From positions 10,953,995-11,017,994 of the forward strand of contig CM082585.2 in NCBI GenBank assembly GCA_040954595.2: a DNA stretch of 64,000 bases, given 5' to 3'. The notes beneath the pieces were generated by a model that had not been told where the DNA came from, ran no database searches, and saw only the letters and a list, made by a program, of their open reading frames with translations. Both the position numbers and the translations under genes were made by a program. Below, piece by piece: positions 26,201 through 37,429 of the stretch. This DNA comes from Balanoglossus misakiensis. Taxonomy: Eukaryota; Animalia; Hemichordata. Position 1 is the stretch's first letter. Each line of letters starts with the position of its first letter.

Positions 26201-28648
26201 TTATTATTTAGCTAAATTATTTGTTCAAAAGTCGTTATTTAACATACTTATATGTATTTAATTATAGATTTGCAAACCATTTAAGTCCTGACAATTTATT
26301 TATAAATAATTTCAAGTCGATTCAATTATATACATAAAATGTATTTTATGCTCTTTTATTTATATATAATTAATTATTTATAAATAATGAAAATGTAAGT
26401 GTATTATATATATATCATGAGTGATGTACATAATTATTTATATTTAATTAATGATTTATAAATAAAAAAAATTTAAGTGTATTATATATATATCATGAGT
26501 GATTTATAAATAATTTAAGTGCAAGTCTATTATATATATATCATGAGTGATTTAAATTATATAATGAATTATATATAAATAAGTGATTTCTAAACCATGA
26601 AAAAATGCACTCGCGCCGTTTGTCAACTTATTATTTAACGCAAACTCATTATTTAACGCAAACTCATTATTTAAGGCCTGTTCACACAACCCCTTGCATT
26701 TGGATCATTACGCACACATATAGTCCCCACACGTGAACAAGAAATGCACATTACGTGCGGTCATTTCAATTTATATTATACTCCTTTCAAAGGTTAGATG
26801 AAACACCGAAAAAGGTATCAACTAGTTAGTGATTTTAGCCCGTGATTGCAATGTTTGATTGAAACGCGAAAAGCTGATCGATAGCTCTACATTGTGGTCT
26901 CCGAGGTCAAAGGTTGGCCGGTCATGACAATGCCATTATTAAAATAGGGGCCAGTCTTCAAGACGTGACTCTACCAGCCTCCAGACCAGGAACTGGCGAC
27001 CCGCCGTTTGTTTCCAACGCCAAATTTGATTCTAATGTTGAATTTACGAGAAAACAATTTATCTGACCTGTAGTTTTTTGGCTCACTTACGTTTTAATTT
27101 GGAAACTTACTTTAAAAAATCATACGCCACCGTTTTGATGACTGGCCCCTATTTTAATAATGGTATCGCCATGACCGGCCAACCTTTGACCTCGGAGACC
27201 ACAATGTAGAGCTATCGATCAGCTTTTCGCGTTTCAATCAAACATTGCAATCACGGGCTAAAATCACTAACTAGTTGATACCTTTTTCGGTGTTTCATCT
27301 AACCTTTGAAAGGAGTATAATATAAATTGAAATGACCGCACGTAATGTGCATTTCTTGTTCACGTGTGGGGACTATATGTGTGCGTAATGATCCAAATGC
27401 AAGGGGTTGTGTGAACAGGCCTTAAATAATGAGTTTGCGTTAAATAATGAGTTTGCGTTAAATAATAAGTTGACAAACGGCACGAGTGCATTTTTTCATG
27501 GTTTAGAAATCACTTATTTATATATAATTCATTATATAATTTAAATCACTCATGATATATATATAATAGACTTGCACTTAAATTATTTATAAATCACTCA
27601 TGATATATATATAATACACTTAAATTTTTTTTATTTATAAATCATTAATTAAATATAAATAATTATGTACATCACTCATGATATATATATAATAGACTGA
27701 CACTGACATTGTTTATAAATAATTTATTATATATAAATAAAAGAGCATAAAATACATTTTATGTATATAATTGAATCGACTTGAAATTATTTATAAATAA
27801 ATTGTCAGGACTTAAATGGTTTGCAAATCTATAATTACATACATATAAGTATGTTAAATAACGACTTTTGAACAAATAATTTAGCTAAATAATAAGTTAA
27901 CACATGGCACCCCATACTGAAGTGCTGAAACTAATCGCTGATTTCGAAGGGGCAAAGGTCATTGCTGATAAACTGAGGTCAAAGTGCACAAGCAGGACCA
28001 CTGAAGGTCATTGTCTCAACTTTTCAATATTAGACCTGACATCAACACTTTCTTTAATGAAATTGATGTCAGTGAGGCAATGAACCATGAATTAGGTGGC
28101 GATTGAATTTAACATGTCACAGCAAACAACAAATACTAGTGGTTTCATTTAAGCGGAATGGTGACGCCCCCTTCAAGGGAGTTTTCATTTATTTCTCAGA
28201 GAGGGGTATTGTATATGAGGCTTGTATTCTTGATTGTTGCAGTACCTTAACATGTTTACTTATCTTGCTAATCACTCAAATAAAATTACCAAATTTCTTA
28301 TGAGTTTTATATGAGGTCAGGTCTGTGTTTACAACCGTCACTGACTGTAACTGAAATTAACATCCGAAATATGGCTTGCAAGTCCTAACACTCACCCTAA
28401 TGCTGGGTGGTAACTCCCTAATCTCTTTCCTGACCTTTGTAATCAGCACTGCCCCAAAGTTTCACCACACCGCTCAATAAACAGTACATTTAAACATTAG
28501 TGCACCACAGATTACAAAAATATTCTCTTAGCAATCATCAGTAAGAAGTTTGCTCACCTGTCGCTGTACACAGTATACACACGAGAAAAGCCATTATCCC
28601 CAGACGGGAACCTGGCACGAGCTGGGGCACCCCTGCAATAGCCAACAT
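16972..28648 (-). CDS. HGSNAT: Heparan-alpha-glucosaminide N-acetyltransferase (lysosomal), complete, about 611 aa, 18 coding exons
   Basis: Exons 28558-28648, 25786-25913, 25094-25215, 24572-24699, 24081-24156, 23739-23823, 21508-21560, 21190-21266, 20973-21003, 20633-20775, 20315-20430, 19918-20045, 19449-19584, 19204-19290, 18176-18250, 17761-17831, 17353-17465 and 16972-17147 sum to 1836 nt in frame. Family motifs: [47 protein letters not shown] (catalytic His kept), [52 protein letters not shown]. Confidence 0.96.
17161..17226. repeat. (ATC)22 microsatellite in the last HGSNAT intron
   Basis: Direct reading. It lies about 13 nt from the last exon's splice junction. Confidence 0.95.
22781..23570. 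mobile_element. Non-autonomous PIF/Harbinger-type MITE (790 bp) in HGSNAT intron 6
   Basis: TIR GGCTGCATTCACAAACACCTCTGGAGGGGG... / ...CCCCCTCCAGAGGTGTTTGTGAATGCAGCC, with TTA on both sides (3-bp TWA TSD typical of Harbinger). Internal ~80-bp duplicated block (about 22911-22990 vs 23150-23230) and G-run subterminal repeats. Confidence 0.8.
25308..25494. mobile_element. Degenerate short MITE with TTAA-type end (Kolobok-like)
   Basis: Imperfect IR GCACATAAGCTGCA / TGCAGCTCATGTGC, with the right end CCTTTAA. Related TTAAAGGGACA-type termini occur at about 24808 and 55637. Confidence 0.4.
26180..27916. mobile_element. Foldback-like non-autonomous DNA transposon with IS3EU-type termini in HGSNAT intron 1
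   Basis: Near-perfect 786-bp inverted arms (26180-26965 / 27131-27916) around a 165-bp spacer. Termini are TATGGGGTGCC...GGCACCCCATA, flanked by a 6-bp direct repeat CTGAAG. TAY..RTA ends with a 6-bp TSD match the IS3EU superfamily description. Arms contain AT-rich tandem subrepeats. No transposase ORF. Confidence 0.85.
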
Positions 28649-30163
28649 TTTGTTTATCGACCTACTACTAAGGTAGATCATAGGTCATCTTTACTGTCAG
28701 GTGTTCCCTGCCACTGATACTCCAGTAGATAGCCTGTAGCCAAGCAGCTTAAATGCAGCGCCGCTTTAAGGCACGTTTTATTAAAATTGAATTACGGCTT
28801 GTTAGGACGAAGTCATTGACCTACGAATGTGATCTTTTGTCATTGACATGTTGATTCGATTCATCTCACTAAAGGGCCAATCGACTCAAATTTGCAGACG
28901 CTGGGAACATCATTGCATCTAAATGTTTGATGGCAAGTATTGGCCAGTGTGCATAACAAAACGACAGTTCCGTTAAAATCTATTTCTAGCTATTGAAACT
29001 AACTTGTGAGTTTACAGTGCTCATAGTCAGACGAGCGTAGAATTCTTGTGGTGTTGTACTCTCTGTTCCATCAGTCTGATTGTGTTCGAAGTGAAATAAA
29101 GAGATAGACAGACAGTAAAGAGAAACAAGCTGATGTCTGTCTAGCTGTCTGTCTGTCTGGAAATGATACAAGCTTGACCTGTCTGTCTGTTTGTATTGTT
29201 TTCTGTATTCTATTGTTTTGTGTGGTGGCCATATAGGATCGTGTCATGAAATATTGTACCAAGTTTAAATGGAATCTGGTTAGGCATATCTGAGTATTGC
29301 CTGACTTCAATTATACATACTTGCAATACATTGTACACCAACAATAAATATAAGATTTTGAGTGCCAATGGTGTGTACTCTGCACCAAAAAAGAGTAAAC
29401 CACATTGAATTGTGGGATTGGAAAAAAAGAACAGTAGGGCCTCTGTCTTTGGACGCCTCTTTTGAGCTGGAAGAGGGTTGACAAAACTGATAAGCCATGT
29501 TTTCAAGTAATTATGACACAACATGTTTTGTCTTAAGAAAATGAAAGAGTGTATAATCACGTTCGCAGACAAGTGATTAGTTTTAGTCGTCATGAGTCCA
29601 GGAAGGTACCGATGACGAAAATTATGGCGACATTGTAGGCTGCCGCCCCAGGGATGGATACTCACTGTAGCTGGTGTTATTAAAGATTCATTTATGGTTT
29701 TTAAATGATATATAGCAATAATTAGCCTTTGCATAAATCATTCAGCGCAATTTCGCATTGATATAGGGTGGATTATATATGCATCGGTGAATTATCTTTT
29801 TGCAAACAAACCTCCGAGAAATTCCTTCTTGAGTTTATTTGTTGCAGTTAGTGTCAGAACAGTGCTGCTGACTTATGTTCTTACATTTTTCTTTATCACT
29901 TTTTCATCCATTTCCACCCTACTTCCTTCTCACAAACTTCTCAAGCTAGACTACATAACACCTTAAGTGTAAGCATATCAGTATAGCCATTGGCAAGGAC
30001 CTTCATGATCATAGGGGTAAAGCTGGATCTGTAGATATCGTGGGTTACATTGGAATAAATCTCATGCATCGCCAAGCTCAAAACAAGAGTGCATATTGTC
30101 GTACATGAGAATGGTTTATAGGCAGTCACAAGCAATATTTCCAGTGGGTGGATTTTCTAGCAC

Positions 30164-31814
30164 TTATATGAGTGGCTCAGTAATGTAAGAAGCAAACACT
30201 TGACCAGCCATGAGTCTAGAATGAGATCTGTGGGGGAGAGAGACAGACAGACAGACATCACTGGAGTATAAATTATATAAGACAAATGACAAAGTTGCAA
30301 AATTGTTTCCCAGTTGGGGGAGGGGGGTAAGGAAAGTCAGAGAAGTAAACAACGACCGACTCGGACAGGACAGATGAATAAACACACTGTAGTCAAAGAC
30401 AGAAATTGACAGATCAGAGAAGATTTGGGCCAAGACAGACAAGATGGCAGATATAGACAAACAGCGAAATGACCTAAAAAAATAAGCAGATTATATATGA
30501 CAATCAACTTTCTGTTCAGGCGATATTTCGTTCATATATTATTGAAACCCCGACACTCGAAGGTATTCAGTTATTTTAATTCGATAATCTCTTTACACAC
30601 AAATGTAAATGCCACCTGCGAATTAATTTTTCCAATTTACAAGATAACAAGTCTTAGAATTGACGTCAGTCAGTGATATTCACCCACATGTGATCGCCTG
30701 AAAATGTGTGTATCCATTGCATTAGACAAATATGATTACATGATGGACACAGTGACCGTGATATTGACGTTGATTGTCATGACACTGATAAATAAAAACC
30801 TTGTATTTTTGGTGTCTGATTTTGGCAAAATATAAGATTCACTGACATACAGCACAGTGAATTTACCAATGTGGCTGAATTCGTTTATTTATATGAAGTG
30901 TATGCAATGTTTGACTAGCGAATAGGTTAATGATATTTTATTAGGGGTACATATATTTTTGTTTTCATGATGGAAGCAATTGCTGGATTCAAGAGAGCTG
31001 GAAGAATTGATGTTTAGAGTGTTAACGTTTCAGAACATGTGTATTCGATTACATTGGGGCGTGTCAGTTTGTATGGTCCCATACCTCCTTGTCAAGGACT
31101 TTGACAACTGGCAGGTTAAACTTTGCAAAACTGCCCTTTTGCATGTCTTGACAGCCGACGACAAACTGCTACTCGAATGCGGAACCTGCACAACCAGAGT
31201 GAAATGTGAATTGACTTGACAATCCCATGCGTGCGAAAAATTATTTCCAGTCGAGCAGACGATAACAATGCCAGTCTCTCGTTTAAGAGTTCAGTGGTCT
31301 GTTACCGAGAAGCTCTGCATCACAAGGTTTAGATTTCTGCAGGAAACATAAAGATCACTGGAGCAGAACTTGTATAGTGTGTTGTGTCTAGGCTTGGAGT
31401 TTGGGTGCGGTGAGGGCACATGGATTTTCAATTCTGAGAATGGTTTTTCTCTGTCACAGATTGAATCAATCACGTAACTTTGCCGATGCGACCTTAGATT
31501 TGGTCGCCGTCTTGACTTCGAAGATTTGAATGATCATTTAAACCAGAACAAACAGTGGCGCCCAAGATGTCTGCATCGATTCAGACCGATGAAAATAGTC
31601 GTTTCTAAAATGTTAGCATACAGCTGATCCACATCTACTTGTCAGAACTGGAAGCCTTTTATTCAAAATGATCTTTGATTTATCTGAGTAACTATAAAAT
31701 CAAGAAAACATGAGAAAAAAGGAAGCAAGAATACAGATTCACTTGAATGTTCCTCCGTGCCAAACATTGCAAGTCAGGTGTTATCCGCATTGACCTGTGC
31801 CTCTGAAGCTGCAA
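30164..31814 (-). other. Candidate spliced transcript or small ORF (at least 3 exons) of unknown function
   Basis: Exons 31743-31814, 31085-31185 and 30164-30227 have AG/GT sites and join in one open frame: LQLQRHRSMRITPDLQCLARRNIQ|VPHSSSSLSSAVKTCKRAVLQSLTCQLSKSLTR|RSHSRLMAGQVFASYITEPLI*. Minus-strand AATAAA at 29834-29839. No recognised homology. Confidence 0.35.
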
Positions 31815-34800
31815 CTATAAGAGTGAAACCGACGTCAGGAATTATGGTGAGTTTATCAAACGGTCAGGTTTAACAGTTTACATGACGTTTATCCTCTGGA
31901 GTATACGGGCAAATGCTTCAGTTTGTCGAGTCATTGCCTGTAGGGGTTGGCGGAGGATGAATGTTCACGAAAGCCTAATTGCCCATTCAAAGGAGCTATT
32001 GCTCAAAAATAGTTTCATGCTGTTAGCTGTGTATTCTTATCAGCACTGAGATTTTTTACAGAGCCGTATTTTAAATCAATGATATTTTACTGTTGTCGAT
32101 CACATAGAATAAAAGAGCAATCGTCTTTTTTTGCGCAAAAGCGAATGCCTATTCTGAAATTTATTTCCTCGGAATCTCAGTTTCAGTATGTTTGCCTTTT
32201 AGTGTTGCATAACACGTTAATTATATTGTATTATGTCTCAGTTTATTAAATCCCAGCCGATGAAGTTGTAGCCATATAGTTTCTGCAAATCACCCAGTGG
32301 AGTTTACATTAACGACCATGGCAGAATTTTCACCGCGTCACAGTTACATAAAATCTCAGCATTAATAATCAAATAATAAGAGTACTTTTATAATATATTG
32401 CCCATTCGAAAATCACAGACACCCACGTCGTGCTATAATTGGCACCTGCCCAAAAGGCCCAATGACAAATTTAGTAGATGAGAAAGTCATCATTTCGCTT
32501 TATACGGACTCATTTCAGCACGTGGTTTCAATGACGTCATAGATGGTAGACTCAATTAATTAGGAGGTTAAAATATGCCATTAAATCAGTGCCTACGATA
32601 TACAACGTTTGGAAAGGTTCATGACAATCCAAACTAAAAAATTAATCTTTCTGAGTTGTTTTTAGGCTCTGACAGATTAAATGCAATAAATTTAAAGAAA
32701 TTATCATGTAAATTGGGCCGTGAATTTTATTTCTTTTACGATTCTTATCTCGATTATGGTCAGAGAGCTATTTGACTGCTGTAATTTGGGTCAATTTCTA
32801 CATTTTCCTCATTTATTTCTGATCGCAATATTGTTTGTGGACTGATTTTGAAGATAAAGCATAAATTGCCAAACGTTACAATCTGGCTACAGCGCCACCA
32901 AGACACTTGGTTAAACGCATAGTTTAGAACACCAATATCTTATGACACTGAAAAAATATCTCGCGTATAGTGCATCGAACACTTCAAACAGTGGAACCGG
33001 CTGATGAGTCATGAAGTGCATGGCTGCACGGCTTCTAAAACTCCCAAAGATGTCATTTTAATCACACGATTAAATGCTTATTTAATCATCATTTTCCACT
33101 AATGCACAAACGTAATATGATTAGTCAATATTACATTAATTACTCATCATTAACGTAATTTAATAGACTGTCAATATGCATATATTTCACTGGAAAGAAT
33201 GTACATTGAAAACAATATTTCCTAAAATGAACACCTCTACTAGTTATATTGTTTTTTTCAGAACTATAAAAAAATCAACATATTTCAAGAACTGTAACAT
33301 AATCAATATTCATATTTATGTAAATTGCACATACTGAGACTGTGGTTTGTACAATAAACATGACTGAAATTCATTTTGAACTATTACAGTTGCGATATGT
33401 TATGATTTATCACCTGTACCCAAACCAAAAGCGTGATTCATTAGAGATAAAGAATTCATCAACAAATAAAATTACAGCTGTATGCCGGCACTGAAAATTA
33501 AAAAGGATGTTCTCAATTATGAATGATTTTTCAGCGGTGCCCAAATCGTGAGTGAAAATAATGACTTAGCACAGACAACACCCACCTACGCCCCCGCGTG
33601 TTCTTTGTGCAAACAATTGCCAAATATGGAATCTCTTAGACTTTGCTCAAAATTGATTCAAGCGGGTGGACTCGTGGTTTCCCTTAAGGTGGTGAATGTG
33701 GGCATGGCGGGAAGTGTGTACCGGTAGATTTGCACACACAGGACGTCCACTTGAGGTTCAGTTTACCGGAAGTTGCCTCAAAACCGGACGTCACTTCACA
33801 TCATCTCGTGCAGTGTCATGTCCGTTAAGGGAGTCAGTTTCATGCATAATTTTGTATTATCCATGTTTACTTTATAGTTCACTTTTTCACTTTGATCCGA
33901 AATACCTTGTTACAAGAAGACATGATGTTATCTTCTTGGATAATCTGACAAATGCGTGAAAGAGAAATGGAGAAGCCAATTAAAAATATAATAGATTATT
34001 ACAGCAATATATTTGACATGATAAATTCAGTCAGTGTTCATTGAGATTTAATATCAAATTTTCGCCCATTGCTGTGATGACACCCATAAAGTCTAAATCT
34101 TGCCTTTGCTGAATGACACCAATTCTCTTGGTGAACGCTAAGCCACAGGGTATTACAATACATCCTTTGGCAAACACAGCCATCTCATTTTCGCACCTGT
34201 AATTCCACGCTTCCTTGACGTTACACGAATCAGGGATTTTATGCATTAAAATATCAATGCGATATTTTTCAGTGAAAAGGAAGAACGTTTGAAGAATAGC
34301 GAGTGCTGTATCGGTGAAACTCGAGATGTTGTAGGAATAGAAAGTTTTGGCTCTCAGCTCTGCATTGACCTATAATAGACCCTAGCAGGATATGGGAAAT
34401 GTACAACAATGTCTTTAATTACGAGATCAATTTAGGACCTTTCTGTAAATGTCAATTTTGAAAATTTGATACCGACCAAAGGAAGTCACGAACAGTTGTA
34501 CTGTGCACCCACAGGCAGTCCCAGCAAGTGAACATAGTCAGGTCTACTCCGTCTCTACACGAAGTTTCTTCCTGACGTAGATCCAGTTTGTGTTCGGTGG
34601 TAGTCAAGCATATGATGGTTTACTAAAACAAAATGATTGGGCTTGCGGATGATTAAATCATAGATGACAATGAACACTAGCTTTATTCATGAGAAGTACC
34701 GCCCATCTTTGTTCTTGCTACTTGAGTGTCTGTTTATGTTGTTCAGTATTAATACATCATCACTTATGACATTTGTATGTGTATTTATGTCCTCTATAGA

Positions 34801-35012
34801 GTTTTGCATCTTCTCCCAATGTAATGTGCTTGATGGTTCGTTACATGTGTGTAAACCAAATACATGTACATTGTATCTGTTCGCATGAACATTCAGTCTG
34901 AAAATGCTTCACTCTCAAAAAAGATAAAGACACAAACCTTCCAAGGAAATAGTTGTTTCTTTTCTGCTTGGATTCTGGAACACGTTAGCAATATAAAGCA
35001 AAGTGCAAATCG

Positions 35013-37429
35013 ATGGAGAGTTTCGTGACGAACTGCCCCAAGGGTATGTTTTTCTTTTTGTAATGGATTGGGACGAAGTGTAAGTGATTACAACTCAGAC
35101 GTTGTAAATACTTTCATTTTTATGAAGACCTGTCCCAGGGCACATCGTCTTTGTTGTGTGATGAACATCGAGTAGGTTTTATGCAGAGATTTCAGTAGCA
35201 TAAAGGAGTTCATCTAGTCCGTCAAGAACAACTCTCTAATATATTTCACTTAGTGTATTAAACACACTCACTGAACCATTTTATGTAGAGTCACGGTTCC
35301 CAGAGCTGACCCCTTCGTAATACAGAAGCTTATTACTATACCACTTAGAAGGGAAAATGTCAGAGGGACAAAACTCGTTTCCAAAGTAACACTTGTTTCT
35401 GTCCACAGGTAAAATGAGACAAAAGCTAGAGGTGGAAAAGTGGATGCAATATTTTGAATAATAATACCATGAATACACTCATGATGAGTACTGGTAATTT
35501 CAAATTTGCCCTTTCCATAATTGAACTTGTAAGACGATATATGGGAACATAAATTCACTGTGGTGAAATTGCTGTATAACTATATTACCGCTGGCAAAGC
35601 ACATATACAGCTGAGTTTCCTCCATTGTTTGACAATGCAACACTCTTGGGTATACATGTCTTCTATGCACAAAAAAATAACAATCCTCTTTTTGTGATTA
35701 TAGTTAAATTCTTAAAGTTTGATTTCACGCTGTTTTAATTTGTGAGAATAAGTGTTTCCTTGACTAAATGAATGTCAATGAAAATTTCTAATGTCTAACT
35801 CCGTAACCATGTGAATAATTAACCACATACATAATATTTTTTGTTCATTTTGTACTTATTGTTTATAATTTGTCATTAATTGTGAAATCTGTTCATGATG
35901 TTGATTAATGCTTTCCAATATTCTAATTATTTCACGCTCCTTAGAGATGCCTAGAATGTTCTCGTGAGAGTGAAACAAAATAACATCAATCATTCGAACT
36001 GTAGAGTATTCTATGTGACTGTACTGGCAAAATGTTTTTTCCATTGTGTCAGAAATTATACATTTAATCTTCTATATTGGCATCACCATCATCTGTGTCA
36101 AAATTGTTTAATAAACCCCAGAACCGATCCTAATTTCATAAAATTCTTGATGTTTATTTCCATGTTAATCCTAGACTTGATGGTAGTTTTAGTAAACCTG
36201 GATTCATATCTGGCTGTGTCTCTTGTTCACATAATCAATTGCAGATTGGCTTGAATTTCTAAGTGTACACGATAAACTCATGAATGTTGACACCAGATTC
36301 AATAGGGCAAATACTTTGGTGGAATAGGCTGTCATGAAAAATGAATAGTCTAATTTTTAGCAAGGAAACATGACAGATGCTACACACATTGATCATAGCA
36401 CACTGTTACTATGACAGGTAAATTCAAAAACAAGAACTGGTGCAGTAGTTGATAAACATGGCTGTACTTCGATAGTGAATTTGCACATAAAATTGATGAT
36501 AAATAAACGATGAGTATTTTTGCATCTCAAGGGGAACATTGGTAGTATTTGCACGAAAATATGTCATGTCTCAAAATCAGGCGATGAAGAGTTGAATCCT
36601 AGACCTCGCATCTCAGTAAAGAAATGAACCCAGTTTGTGTTAATAATTTACATATTGATAATAACTTCGTCTCTATGGCCTTAAAACAAACGACCCTTAA
36701 AAGTCAGCATACAGGAGACTGTATTCTTCATAGCCCCGTCGGCTACAGACTATTGGGACCTTGACTTAAGTCAAACGAATAGCAAGTGATATCAATATAA
36801 TCCTAGTGAGTTCTATCCTAAAACAGTTACCATTTGATCATGTCTTTTCTTATGATGACATTGTGAAATCGCGTTGTCCTACACACACTTTAGAAAACTA
36901 CATGTACTCATGTGTCTGCTCATCAAAGATAATAAGGCTTGTATAATCAAACAAAATACCTCAAATCATGTTGTGCAGAGCTTTATGAAGCCAGACTAAT
37001 GAACATGTTTCAGTCCAGAAAATAATACAACATTGGGCACTTGCATTGTAAGCATACTGGTTGATCAAACGCCAGACAAATACAGCATATTTTAATATAA
37101 TCTTTTAGAGAGTATAGGTATTGGTGGACTTTTTTATTGTGGGACAAGTAAGGTGCATAATTGCTGAGAGATAAACAGCCAGAATTTGATAAAATGTTCT
37201 ACATGTTATATTATTGCAGTAAAGTTCAAATACTTCTCACAAATGAATCTTTATCTTCCCATTAAAAGATTCAACGGGAAGTGTAACAGTGGTGACAAGA
37301 ATAGATATAATCAAGAACGGAGATGTTGTGAAGTGGATCCAGACGGCGACGAATACAGACTCTGAGTCGGCCAAGTCGATAAAAGTAGAGACAAGAATTT
37401 ACCATGAAGTTATGGAAAACGACCAGTGA
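35013..37429 (+). CDS. Candidate two-exon 63-aa microprotein of unknown function
   Basis: 35013-35043 (MESFVTNCPK, phase-1 donor G|gtatgt) joins 37269-37429 (acceptor ttcccattaaaag|) to give MESFVTNCPKDSTGSVTVVTRIDIIKNGDVVKWIQTATNTDSESAKSIKVETRIYHEVMENDQ*. Composition is protein-like but no homology is recognised. Confidence 0.4.

Noticed and set aside
28649-29300. CLEAR (TFEB) element in the HGSNAT promoter
   Set aside because: No GTCACGTGAC was seen near the start codon. The matches found (about 51631 and 63229) are far away.
29210-29734. 174-aa minus-strand ORF (also 152 aa at 14557-15015 and 132 aa at 54223-54621)
   Set aside because: No recognisable domain, no supporting splice structure, and composition typical of random AT-rich sequence.
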